From positions 845,930-909,929 of the forward strand of contig NW_015162482.1 of NCBI RefSeq assembly GCF_001447785.1: a stretch of DNA of 64,000 nt. Direction: 5' to 3'. The notes below the pieces were generated by a model. That model ran no database searches. It had not been told where the DNA came from and saw nothing but the letters and a program-made list of their open reading frames with translations. Below are positions 25,767 through 38,247 of this stretch, in pieces. Position 1 is the first letter of the stretch. Each line of letters begins with the position of its first letter. Source of the DNA: Gekko japonicus (lineage: Eukaryota). The translations under genes and the position numbers were made by a program.

Positions 25767-26790
25767 TTATTCAAGTAACGATTGTAACACTGCTGTACCC
25801 ACAGATGCGTCAGCTTTAGAATCAACATCGATTGAATAGTGTTGAATGAAAGTCAAAGGTGAAGACCAAGTAGCTGCATTACATATGTCAGAAATATTGA
25901 TAGACGCCGCGAAGGCAGTCGAGGTTGCTCGGACTGGAAAGGGACAGGGGAGACCTGCAGAGACATAACTGCTACGAATGGCTGAAACGATCCACCTGGA
26001 GATGGACTGTTTCGTGGCCGTCTGCCCCTTTTTGGGACCAGTGCAACAAACAAACAAACAAACTGTGGACCTGAACACCGACGTGCGTTTCAAGTAAAAC
26101 AATAAAGCTCGTCTGAGATCCAAAGTGTGTAACTCCCTCTCTACTTCGGAAACCGGACTGGGGAAGAAAGCAGGGAGGACTACGTCCTGTGAAGTATGGA
26201 ACGCAGTAAGCACCTTTGGCCGAAAATCTGCGCTTGGCCGTAGCATCACCTTATCAGGGTGAAACTTTAAATAAGGGGAATCTATTCGAAGGGCCTGTAA
26301 TTCCCCAACTCTACGAGCTGAAGTAATGGCAACCAGGAAGGCGACCTTGTGTGTCAAATGAACCAACGAACTCTTAGCCAGTGGCTCAAACGGAGCCGCC
26401 ATCATCTGTGTTAACACCTGTTTGAGATCCCATTGAGGGAAGGGAGGCCGAACCACAGGGAACTTGTTGTACAATCCCCGTAGGAAACGTTTCGATAAAG
26501 CATTGGAAAATATCGGCTTGGATTCAATTCCCAAGTGAAAAGCCGATATGGCCGCAAAGTGAACCTTAATGGCCGAAGGGGAAAGACCCTCGTCGATTAG
26601 TGTCAGGAGGTACTCAATGATCTCCATTAAAGGACAAGTGTCCGGGCGAATTTTATGGTCTTGCACCCAAACAGTAAATTGACGCCATTTGGCCGTATAG
26701 GACTTTCAGGTGGAGGGCTTACGGGAAGCTAGCAGTATTTCTGTTACCCGATCAGAACAAGTATCTACGTGGAAATGAACCATGCGTGTA
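25767..26790 (-). pseudogene. DIRS tyrosine recombinase (TGA at 26706-26708; HxxR motif deleted)
   Basis: LVAITSARRVGELQAL (catalytic R), AATWSS..F..HY (catalytic Y); VRATSTAF where HSTR is expected. Confidence 0.88.
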
Positions 26791-27190
26791 GGTTTAGGGT
26801 GTGGGGGGCAGGGTGGCGAGTATGACCGATCCGTAGCAAGTCTGGAACTTGCGGCAATGGGTACCTGTCATTCCCGGTTAGCATTACCAGCAGCGGGAAC
26901 CAAGGCCGACGGGGCCATAGCGGAGCTATCAGTATGCACGCTGATCTGTCGTGTGCTAGTTTTGTCAACACTCTCGGTAAGAGGGGAAGAGGCGGAAAAG
27001 CATAAAACAGGGCGCCAGTCCACCTGAGGAGGAATGCATCCCCCAGACAGTTGTCCCCCCTTTGTGACCTGGCACAGAACAGCGGGCACCTCGCGTTTGC
27101 CGTCGAGGCAAAGAGGTCTACCTCCGGCCAACCCCACCTCTGAAATATGGGGATCAGATACGTGAATGGGAGGGACCACTCGTGGACCAT
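26765..27190 (-). pseudogene. DIRS DNA N6-adenine methyltransferase-like domain (frameshifted from RNase H)
   Basis: HEWSL..PEVDLFAS..NA.C..FC..DAF...W....YAFPP...IAP.WP..PWF motif set. Confidence 0.85.
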
Positions 27191-28711
27191 GAGAGCTGTT
27201 CTGCTGACTGAGTATGTCTGCTAGGCTGTTTTGAGAGCCCGGAATGTGAACCGCTGAGAGGTGGAATCCCTGTCGAATCGCTAATTCCCAAATGAGCGAA
27301 GCTTCCTTGCATAGGGAAAGGGAACCTGTACCACCCTGCTTGTTGACGTAAAACATCGCGACTGTATTGTCCGTAGCTATTTGGATAGTCTTTCCAAGGC
27401 CGGAATCTGTAAGAGAGAGAAGGGCGTATCTTACCGCTCTAAGCTCAAGTCTGTTAATATGAAACTTAGATTCCCTAGGGGACCAAAGGCCCTTCACCTG
27501 TATGGACCCAGAGAGAGAAGGGCGTATCTTACCGCTCTAAGCTCAAGTCTGTTGATATGAAACTTAGACTCCCTGGGGGACCATAGGCCCTTCACCTGTA
27601 TGGATCCAGAGTGCGCTCCCCAGCCCTCTAAGGAGGCATCCGTAAACACATGTGTGTCAGGAAGACTGGGCGCCAACGGAAACCCCCGCGCTAAGTTCTC
27701 CCGTGTCGTCCACCATCGTAGGGAGGACAGGATCTGCCTAGGGATGGAGAGGAAAACCCACTGGGAATCCCATTCCGAGTTAAACCTTCGTAAAAACCAA
27801 TTCTGCAAAGGTCTCATGCGGAGCCTGGCGTGCATGACCGTGGAAGTAGTGGAAGCCATGATACCTAAGAGCCTCTGAATGTGTAGGGCCCTCTGATGTC
27901 TCTTGTGGAAGAAAGAGTGAACCAGGGATTGTATAGCTCTGGTCCTGTCTTCAGGTAGAAATGCCCTATGAGCTATTGAGTCTAACCTAGCCCCTATGAA
28001 CAGGATAGATTGAACGGGGGAAAGTTTAGACCTCTTCAAATTGACCACAACTCCCAATGACTGGAGAGTATTGATGGTGAAATGAACCTGGGCTAGCAAC
28101 CGCTCACTGGAATCAGCTACTAGCAACCAATCATCTAAATATGCATAGACTGCACATCCGTGGAGTCTGAGATGAGCCACCACCGCAGAAAAACATTTCG
28201 TGAAGACCCTGGGTGCCGTCGCCAATCCGAACGGTAGCACGCAGTACTGGTAATTAGTACCCTTGAACTTAAAGCGGAGGTACTTCCTACAGTCGACATG
28301 TATCGTAATATGGAAGTAAGCGTCCTGGAGGTCGATGACGACGAACCAGGAACCTGGAGAGATAGAATGGTAAACCTCTTCTAGAGAAAGCATGCGGAAT
28401 CTACGCACATGTAAGTATTTGTTCAACTCTCTCAGATCTAAGATGGGTCTGAGCCCACCTCCCTTCTTTATGAGGAAGTAGTTGGAATAAAAACCATAGT
28501 TCCCCTCATCCCCAGGGACGACCTCTAGAGCACCCTTAGACACCAATGATTCGATCTCTAAAGCCAAGGCCTCGTCTTGTCTATGCGAGGTAGGGACCTC
28601 GAAGGATACAGGCGGGGTATCTTTAAACTCCAGAAAGTAACCAAACTTTATTATGCTTAACACCCATGCATCCGAACAAACCGTAGACCATTGACTGAAA
28701 AAACGTGCCAA
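27190..28711 (-). pseudogene. DIRS reverse transcriptase / RNase H, broken by a 98-bp duplication
   Basis: LRPILDLRELN, IDLQDAYFH, LPFGLATAPRVFTK, YLDDWL, TDASLEGWGAH, HINRLELRAV, TDNTVA, ADILS. Confidence 0.92.
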
Positions 28712-28739
28712 ACGGGCCCTGAAGAGAGGGGGAACACCT

Positions 28740-30510
28740 CATTGTGAACTCCTACCCCTGGAGAATGATCCCCTAGGGGAACGAGACTGTCTGCCCCGTT
28801 GTATGGGTTGTTGACGTTTTGGGGGGAAAGGATGCTGGAAAGACCCCCTAAATGGTTGGGAGGCAGGCGAGAAGCGATACCCTCTGACTGCGGCTAGGTA
28901 CTGAAAGTGTCTAGGTACTGAAAGTATCTAGTTTTCGTAGATTGAGGCTGTTGTTGCGTAGTTAAACCTAATGACTTAGCTGTCAGCTAGTCCTTCGCAC
29001 TTTCTCTAAAACCTCGTCAGCCTGTTCGCTAAAGAGGAGTTTACCCTCAAAAGGCAATCCTCAATTCGCGCCCTCGTATCTGGGGGAAGGGCGGATGAGC
29101 GTAACCATGAGTGCCTACGCAGGACTACGGCCAATGCTATAACCTTGCTCGCAGCGTCAGCTGCATGTCTGGAAGCATTGAGCTCATGTCTGGCTAGGCG
29201 AGCTCCCTCTGTATGAATTAGCTTGGCCTGCTCCTTCTTGTTATCTGGAAGGTCAGCCAGTAATGGGGCTAACTGATCCCATAACGTAACTTGGTACCTG
29301 GCCATAATAGCCTTAAAATTAGCTATTCTTAGTGTCAGAGCTCCAGACGAATAGAGCTTTCTCCCTAAAGCATCTAACTTTCTGCCCTCTTTGTCTAGAG
29401 GAGAAGACTCGGTCCTCCCGTCTGTTTAGAGGGAATTACCTCCGCCACCATCGAATTGGGTTGGGGATGGTGATATAGGAAGAAACCATCATCCTCTGTT
29501 ATTTTATAGAGGTTCTCTATCTTTCGATCAGATCCTGCAACCGAAGCCGGACGAGCCCAGTTATTGCAGGTAATTTCCCTTATCCCCTTAACCAAAGGAA
29601 TAGCCACTGGGCCCACATCAGAGGCATATAAAATCACCGACACGGGATCTTCCTCTAAAGGTTTGGGAGAGACAAATTCTATTTCAAGGGCTTTAACCAT
29701 TCGCAGAAGCTGCTCTGAATAGCCCTTCAATTCCTCAGTCAGAGAAATTGGGGTAGGATCCCCTACTGCCTCCTCAGGCGACGGGATCAAGGTGTGTTCC
29801 GATTCGGAATCAGAGCCGTCGCTCGAGGCCTGTCCCTCTGACTGAGCAACGTCCAATTGTCCCACAGGAGACCTGGCACCGGCAAGGGACTTTGACGTGG
29901 AAAGGTCTCGACGTCGATGTGGATCTCGACTTGGACTCCGACGACTCTGAGATGCAGCAGGCTTTTGGCACCAAGGTGGCACCCACCAGGGGGGAACTTG
30001 TTCCCAATCGACAGGGTAGCCCCACGGATGAACGTCCCATCCTTGGCTGCCCGAAGAACCAGATCTGGAAGACTTCCTCGGTTACCGAAGGCTCCGACGT
30101 CGAGCACAACGGTGATGCCGGTAAGTTTCCTCAGTTCCCATCGGGGACACAGTAGAGGACTTAGATTTGCCCGTTTTTGCCTTTTTCTGAGGCGGTTGGG
30201 CAGATACGGACCTTTTCCGGCTCCTCCCTGCCGAGACCTGCTTCGGCTTTTGGGATTTTAAAGGGCCCTTGACGACGTCGGTAGTGAGATTCGACGGGGA
30301 GGGAGTACTAGTGCCCCGAGACAAGGTCTGCTCCCAAAGGGCTGCTTTCAACTTTAATGCTCTCTCCTGCTTGGTTCTCGGGCTTACCATACCGCAGATT
30401 TCGCAGGAGGTTGTGTTGTGGCCCTCTCCCAGACACAGGAGGCATTTTAGATGGTCATCTGTAGTAGCCATCTTCGACCCACAAGCCTGGCATTTCTTGA
30501 AGAGAGCCAT
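28740..30510 (-). pseudogene. DIRS gag-like ORF1 (N-terminal Cys/His finger; LAP2alpha-like region), frameshifted
   Basis: FKKCQACG...DDHLKCLLCLGEGH....CEIC; HPQPNSMV; VVLRRHSWLRSS in successive ORF fragments. Confidence 0.8.
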
Positions 30511-31475
30511 GGAGTTGAGATCTCCAGAGAAAAGATGGTAAAAAAAGAAAAAACTGAATTTTGTTTAAACCTGAGGTAAAAGAACAGTAGCTCTGGAAAA
30601 TATGTCCTTTCCTCACGGCGGCAAAAAAAGGACTGAGAGAGAGAGGTGCCTCCCCCTCCCCTCGTCACGTGACCAAATGGGCGGGAAATGGCTCATTTCA
30701 CAATTCTCTCCGAGGGGAGGGGGGACTCAATTCTTACAGGATTGAGAAAGCTCTTGGAATGTTCTTCCGCGGCAGGCCTGCCTTCCGGCAGTCCCATGTG
30801 GGACTGCACAGAAGACACGAAGATGAATCTGGTAGTATCCACTCCGAAGGTCAAGTACTGAAAACCATTGACTTCCAATTAGACAGTCCAAGGTGTCGTG
30901 CACACAAAGCATAGTGTACTGGTCAGGTTTTGTACGTTTATTTAGTGTCCAATAATCAACACATATTCTGGTTTTCCCATTCTTCTCCCTTACTACCACC
31001 ATAGGTGAGGTATAATGGCATTAGCCTGTAAGTCACAAAGGTGTTGTCTTATATCTTCTATCTCAGATAAAGCCAGTCTCCTGGATTGTTCATGGAATGG
31101 AGAAAGATCTGTTAGGTGGATAAGATGTTCCCCAAGATCCCATTCATGAAGTGAGAATACTTGGGCTTTCTGGCAAAGTTTCTGTCTGAAGCATTCCATC
31201 CATGCCTCAGGAATGGGTGAATCTCCAAACTCAATTACAGCTGGGTCCAATTTTAACTCAGAAGGGCTAGGTCTACTTATTTCCACAGAAATAGCCTCAA
31301 ACAGGTCTGCCACCTTTCGGTTTGGCTTTACAGAGATGTTGTGATTGGATACATTGGCAATCCTTACCACCACTTGTGGATGCTTCCCTTTAGGTAAGTC
31401 GATAATTCCAGCCAGGAAGGGATTGTTGCTGTTCTTTTTATATTGAGGATTATTACTTCATGCAAGCCAATACTA

Positions 31476-31760
31476 AAGGTTTCCCTTGCTCGAAAGCCAG
31501 TCAAATCCGACTCTAGGGTTGCGGTGCTCATCTCCATTTCCAAGCCGAAGAGCCAGTGCTGTCCAAAGACTTCTCTGTGATCATGTGGCACCTATTTATC
31601 TACTTGCAATTTCTTGCTTTCGAACTGCTAGGTTGGCAGGAGCTGGGGCCAGAGACAGGAGCTCACTCCGTCACGTGGCACTTGGGTCTTGAACTGCCGA
31701 GCTACAGACCTTCCAGTCTGCAGCTCAGCATCTTAACTTCTAAGCCACCGTGGCCCCACT
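31476..31760 (-). mobile_element. Sauria SINE
   Basis: 12-bp TSD aagccaatacta (31464-31475, 31761-31772). Confidence 0.9.
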
Positions 31761-34700
31761 AAGCCAATACTACCTGGTGTCAAAAGTGGTAAGGCTACCC
31801 AGATTTAACACCTCGGTGACAACTAGGCCAAAAACTGGATTTGAGCAACAGAAGAGGGATTTTCCTTCTTGGTTATTTTTAGCTGGGGAAACAATGCTTC
31901 CAGAAGTGAGGCTGCAGTAATTTCAGAAGGCCAATGTGCTGTTGCCTGAAAGGTTTCCCCGTGCAGTAAGAAAAAAAAAATTACCCCCCCCCCATGATTT
32001 TTCCTTATGTAGACTCCTTGGAAATTGCTAGGATAGGCAAAGGTTCCCTTTCTACTGCTGAAGCAGTAATTTCTTTTAGAAAGAGGATTTAATTTGATTC
32101 AGCATCCGGCCTTTAGCAATGGCCCCCAGGCTGGACTGGCTGCAGAGGATCCATTAAGGCTGAACATCCAATACAGTTGGCATTTCACTGATGTTTCAAT
32201 TGCTCTGCTTTGCTCTGCCTGCCCCCCCCCCCCTTTAACTGTGCTTAGGGTATCTTTCAGGTCCCTCAGCAAATATATGCAATTGCCTGGCTTTCCCGTA
32301 AGTGGCTGGCATGATTCTCAGACAGCAGTGGAGGGGGGAGAGGAGTGACAAACCGAAGATGACTGGGAGGGCAGCTGGAATGCTTAGAGAATGACTGATC
32401 TGAGAAATGCTTGTAATTGAATTTCTGCCCTCCCTGGTGGAGCCTTGATTCTAGGCCTGGTTTGTCGCCGTCCTCCGGTTGACCTCGCCGGAGAGGCTCA
32501 GCAAAAACAGAGTACCAAGCCATCACTGGAATTAGGAAAGGAAGCTTTGCTCTATTGCTGTCTGCTTGGAACTTGGGACAGAGACGCTGGCTCTCTGCTT
32601 CCTTCATTCTGAGTCTCAGGTACTCTGCCCGAAGCATCTAAGTGGTAATTTGTTTTTTTTCTGAAACACGTAAATGAGATTGAAAGTGGATCTACATGAT
32701 ATATATAGCTCCATAATTCATTTAAAATGTGCTCTCTCAAAACTGGTGCTGTTTTGAGCAGAAGGGAGTACCGGTTTCTTCCCCAGTATGGATCAAAGAG
32801 GCTGGGTGTGGCGGTGGCATTTTTAAATGCGAAAATGGCATGCGAGGAAAGACCCCCCCCCCACATCTCCCTCTCTTCTTAAAATAACAATCCCAGTAAG
32901 AATATTTTGGAAAGAGAAAGTATTTTATAATAACCATGGAACTATATATAACCTGTCTTCCACTGTGCTGGAAAGTCACAGAAAGAGACCCAGACCCATT
33001 TTTATTCATGGTCTGAATTATGTGCTGTGTTCAAAACTCTCTGTAGATTTGCTTCCATCTTTTATCTCTTGGTCCTCATATCTCTGCTTCCAATATTTGT
33101 TTCCTGAATACTATCATCCTCAGCAGCCCAAAGGTCTCATGCTGCACAATCTTACATGTGTCTACTCAGAAGTAAGTCCCACTATGTTCAGTGGAGCTCT
33201 CTGAACATAGTGGAACTTACTCCCAGGTAAGTGTGCATAGGATTTAAGCCTTTCTCCCTTCTTCTCTGATTTATATGACTGTACGTGAGCCAGTGTGGTA
33301 TTATGCTTTGACTGCTGGAGTAGGATTGGGGAAACACAGCTTCAGATCCCCCACTCTGCCATGGAGGCTTGCTGGGTGACTTTGGGCCAGTCACACACAC
33401 TCTCAGCCTAACCTCCCTCGTAGGGTTGTTGTGAGGGTGAAATAGGAGGAGAACAATGCAAGCAGCTTTGGGCCCCCATTGGGGAGAAAGGTGGAATATA
33501 AATGAAGTTAAATAAAGTAATTCCCTCTTAGCTTAACCTACCTTATGGGGTTGTTGTGAAGATAAAATGGAGAACGGAAGAAAGGTGTACTGAGCTCCTC
33601 GGTGGAAGGGCAGGTTATCAATGCACTAAATACAAGCATCTTTTCCATAAAGCCATTGGCTTAATCTTTTAATCTTCATTGTCTACAGAAACTAAGCCTA
33701 AACAGAAGTGCAGTCGTGCACACTTGTCTCCTATTGCCATTATTTCTCTTCTTCCCTTTCTGCCCTCCTTTTGTGCCTGCTGATGGTAAGCATCCTAGTG
33801 CCAAGAAGTTACATTTACTTGTACTACCCCATTAAGTACTGTATGCATTGAGACACTCCTGCATAAATAATCATTTGCAGTTGTTTTCCTAGGCAGAACT
33901 AGGGCAGAGTCTCAAAATACTTTCTGGGGGTGGATGAAGAGAACCAAATGAGTTCTTTCAGCTTTGACCTGCCCCCCCCCCCCCCAAGCCAATCCTTAGT
34001 ACCCTTTTGTTAACGCTACAGCCACTGCCTTTTATTTATCATCTTTATAGCACTTTCCAAGGTGCCAAGTCCTCTACAGTAATTGCCTGTCTGATCTTCA
34101 CACTAACAGGTCATTCATATTGTCTAGAGGGACTGAAGCTGAAAAAGATAATGAGAGCAGCTTGCCCAACGCATGTGCCAAACAGTCATTGCTTCAGCAG
34201 AAGCATCAGCCCAGGTCTCCCAGTTGCTCTGATACTCTCTAACCTTCTCAGGCTTCCTTCTGCTCCCTGCATCCTGGGTCCAGAACTGCAAGCAGAATCC
34301 AGAAATCCTAGGCATTGTGTTGATATACAGAAAACATTCAAAGCAAGAACAGGGCAGGGTAGTATCTTTATTCAGATCCATTAAAATATCATACATCAGT
34401 GAGCACGCTTTTGCAAGAACTTTACATCCTGCTGGATCAAAGGTGAAAGAGAAAGGGAGAGTTTATACAGCACAGCTCTACAGACCATCATTGCAGTCCT
34501 AAACAGACTTACGCCTTTCTAAATCCATTGCCTTCAATGGTCTTAGAAGCATGTAACTCTGTTTAAGACCACACATCGTAACTCTTAAAAGTGGAGCACA
34601 GGAAAGGTTAATGCAGGCTTATAGGTTACGTTGGGATAGGTGCAAAACAAGGTTGCACAGATGACTACTGGAGAAAAGCATGCCAGCAATAATTTGGAAC

Positions 34701-35918
34701 TGTCTCCAAAATGAATCATAATGCATGAATTCTTTCGAAGGCAATAAGCAAAGAAGAAAGGGGTGAGGGAGCCCCAGTAATCCAGACTCTAGAAACATAA
34801 TCTAGGCACCCTGGGGCTGGTTCCCACAGCCTCTGACGACTGCACAGTAGTTTTGGTGTGCAAAGCTGGTACCAGAGATATTATTTCAGGGCTAATTACA
34901 TCTTACAGCGGCCACATGGAGGCCATTTAAATTGCTGTCCTTTGTGGCTCCTTGTCATGGCACAGCAAGCCAGTTCTGCGGAACAGCTCACCATATGGCA
35001 TGGGCAGGTTTCCTCCCTGATCCTGCAGAAATCCTAAGAGAAGTATTTGCACTGGCAAGGAGAAGACCACCGCAGTAGAGGAGCTGCCACATGTTAGCCC
35101 ACTTTAAAAACCTGCTGTGTGATGAGACCGTTGGCCCCAATGGAAAGCGACCTTCCCAAGTGGCAAGCTTATCATAAACCCAAGATAATTCCCATCATCT
35201 GATTGGACAAAAACAGCTGCTGAGGTCCCACTTGCTCCGTCCCAAGCAGCACGGGAATAAGAACTACACTAATAGGAAGAGTCAGGTTTTTTTTTTTTTT
35301 TGCTTGTTTCTTAAACTGTAGCTGGCTGGCTGGCTCTCTGGCTTTACTGCTGATGAAGGATCATGTCTCTCAGGGTTGATGTTTCTTTTTTGTTTCTAAG
35401 TTCCATTAGTTGATAAGAGCCATAGGGGTTTGCAGAAAGGGGCTGCAAATCTGATTACCCAGCTTCTGTGCTACACTTGCTCTGACAGGGCATATTCCGG
35501 AACACCATCAGCCCTATCGGGATATTACCTATAGTTTCTGTCGCAGTTTTAGTGCTTTACAATACTTTGTCTTAATCATCCTCATAAACCCTTTTAAAAT
35601 AGGCCATTCATATGCCAAATATCAATCACTAATAGCAGGTGGGGGGGTGGAGAGTGAACCATAAAATAAATAATTGAATAGCATGTGGTGAATAATTTCA
35701 GCCACTGAAAATATTATTACTGGCAGTGTCCGTGCTGTAAACTGGACTTCAGTGCCTCTTTGCTATTAGAGTCCCCACCCCTATTTAAAGTTGCAGAAAG
35801 AGGTATTTTCAGTTCCTCTTCCACACTAATGGAATACTTGTCTCTCTGGAGGTTTGCCAAAGTCCTAACCTGAGCATATTTTAGAAACTGTACAAGAGTG
35901 TTTCGTCTTTGCGAGGTC

Positions 35919-36086
35919 AAAGTCCAAATCTATTTTCATCACACCTACCACTCCTCAACGTACCAACTTCTTTGGCATTCTTAATTTTGCAGGGTCTTAA
36001 TTTCTTTGTAAGGTCTGAAAGTCCAAATCTATTTTCATCACACCTACCACTCCTCAATGTACCAACTTCTTTGCCATTCTTAATTT
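35919..36086. repeat. Local direct duplication, ~68-bp unit, 99-bp period
   Basis: aaagtccaaatctattttcatcacacctaccactcctcaa.gtaccaacttctttg.cattcttaattt occurs twice. Confidence 0.85.
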
Positions 36087-36995
36087 GAAGTGAATTGCCT
36101 CAGAGTTGCCCTTATAATACTGTGTACATTGAATAATTCAGTGCCAAGTACAGAATCTGGTTCTGGATAAAGAATCCAATAGCCTGAGAGAAAGCAGCAA
36201 GTTCCTAACCTTTGTGGCTGTGGAGAGATGTTTCTGCCAGCTCCATCCTAAACAGTCACACCTCTCTAAGCCCACTGACTTCAACTGAGTTAGACTGGTG
36301 CTGCTCTGCTTTAGGATGTCACAGTAATCGCGCAGACAAGATTGGGTGAAATTTCAGAAGCCGAAAGGAGCAGCAGTGTTAGAAGATTCTCCAGCAGTCT
36401 GAGGCTGGAGCTTCACCATCCTGCAGACTCCTGCCTCCTCTTCAAGGCAAGCATAAAGAGATTAAATTAAGCAAGGCAAGCAAATATAGGCAAATTTGCT
36501 TCACATTTCAATTTATACACGTCACGCTGCTCAATTTTCCTGGCACAGAATTTTGGCATTTCTTAGCGCAGTGTACATGCAGCTATGCCTGCAGATGAAC
36601 GGAGTCTTGGGCTTCGGCTTTGCAAAGTCACAGCCATTGCTGCCTTCTGGCACCATACCTGCCTCATGCAAAATACGCAATTCTCAAAAATTCCAGCTTG
36701 CACTGTTCTGCTCTGAGCCTGTGAGGCCTCGTGAAAGGAAGTGTCTGCATTGCCCAAACCTATTAACTGTCCCTGGCACTAATTAGCCTAGATATTGGCA
36801 GTCTCGGTAGGTGGCAAAGAACTGGATAACCCCTTCAGGCAGTTCTCTCTCTGTTGAGAGTGCCCCTTTGGCAGGCGGGTGGACTATACTAGGATCTGAT
36901 TTGCCATGTGCCAGGGGATTTCTAGCACCTCACCCCTTTAGGATGTCACTGTAACTGTGCAGACGAACACAGGGTGAAATTTAGGAAGCCCAAAA

Positions 36996-37275
36996 GAGAG
37001 CCAGTTTGGTGTAGTGGTTAGGAGAGCAGACTCTAATCTGGGAGAACTGGGTTTGATTCCCCACTCCTCCACATGCAGCTGCTGGTGTGGCCTTGGGTCA
37101 GTTACAAGTTCTTTCAGAGTTGTTCTCTCACGAGCAGTTCTTGAAAGAGCTTTCTCAGTCCCACCTACCTCACAGGGTGTCTGTTGTGGGGAGGGGGAGG
37201 GAAAGGAGATTGTAAGCCACTCTGAGACTCCTTCGGGTAGTGAAGGGCGGGGAATAAATCCAATCTCTTCTTCTT
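36996..37275 (+). mobile_element. Squam3-like SINE, full length
   Basis: Head gagagccagtttggtgtagtggtt, B box ggtttgattcccc, (tct)n tail. Confidence 0.82.
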
Positions 37276-38247
37276 ATCAGCAAAGAAGTACTAGACACAG
37301 ATCTGTCTAATACTTCTCATTCACTCCTCACTGGACCTAGAATCATTCACTGTGGGGGAGTCCACATGCAGTCACAACAGTGCCTTGGATTCACTGGCAA
37401 TGGAAAGTTTGCATAGTGCAGCATTTTGATCTCCCTTCTCCTGAACCCTGAAATGCTGCTCCTGTGGCACTGGGGGCACCCAGGAACAGGATGCGGGGTT
37501 TTTTTTTGGAGGACTGCTACAAGAGGGGCAAATGGCAGAAGTCCTCCATGGGATCTGAGCCAAAGGCATTGATTTGTGACCTCCAGGCTTAAAAGAGTTT
37601 AAATGCAAAGAGACCATGACCCTCAGCACACAGTGTTTTTCGATGGCAGCAGTTCACAAGTTCAGCTGTGAGTCAGTCATCGACCAGGCATGGCTTGATG
37701 ACATCTTGAGTGACGTGCACGCCTGTGGGAAATAAATGCTGAGTCTTTTGGAGAGATGAGAAAGGGCTGTGACAGAACCTTGTGTGATGCAAGCTGAAGC
37801 AGAGGGTCCACTGTCCTATGGTGACATACCCAGCAGTCCTGCTGTCTAAATTCAGCTTCACATACTGTAATTTTCCTGGACGGAATGGACTTCTCTAAAG
37901 GAAAATGCATAAAACCTGCGTGTAAACCATGGCATGTGCACTTGCAGAAAATAGCATGGATTTTGGATTGTCATGCATTTTGGTCCCTGTGTGGAATTCA
38001 TGCATGTCCCTACACTGAAGTGCATTTCTATGCAGGGGAATTTCCACGTTGCCCCACTACAGGTGTCTAGGCTGGCAGCGATGGCCGCTTGGGCGGCATG
38101 AGATCTTTGCCACTCCATTGGCAGAGACAGAGGAATTAGAGCACAAGGCAGAAGGCTGCAGGGGAGGAATGAGGCACAGCAGTCAGGCTGTGCTCTAATG
38201 GTCTATGTAGCAGGTGTGACCGAACTGTTTTACCACATGATGTAGTG

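Larger units (their letters stand above)
25340..30827 (-). mobile_element. Full-length DIRS1-type tyrosine-recombinase retrotransposon (~5.5 kb)
   Basis: Inverted terminal repeats (~25398-25569 vs ~30630-30799), an ICR complementary to both ends, gag/RT-RH-MT/YR ORFs, no classical TSD. Confidence 0.95.
24660..31470 (-). mobile_element. Degenerate Gypsy LTR-retrotransposon pol (RT to RNase H start), split by DIRS
   Basis: VVVREKNGKTRICVDY..LN..SVLDLRSGYYQI (right of DIRS) continues as PLAEEDKEKTAFICPLGFYQF..PQG..APATFQRLM (left); FLGFTGYYRQFV and LTEAP further downstream; stops and frameshifts. Confidence 0.88.
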
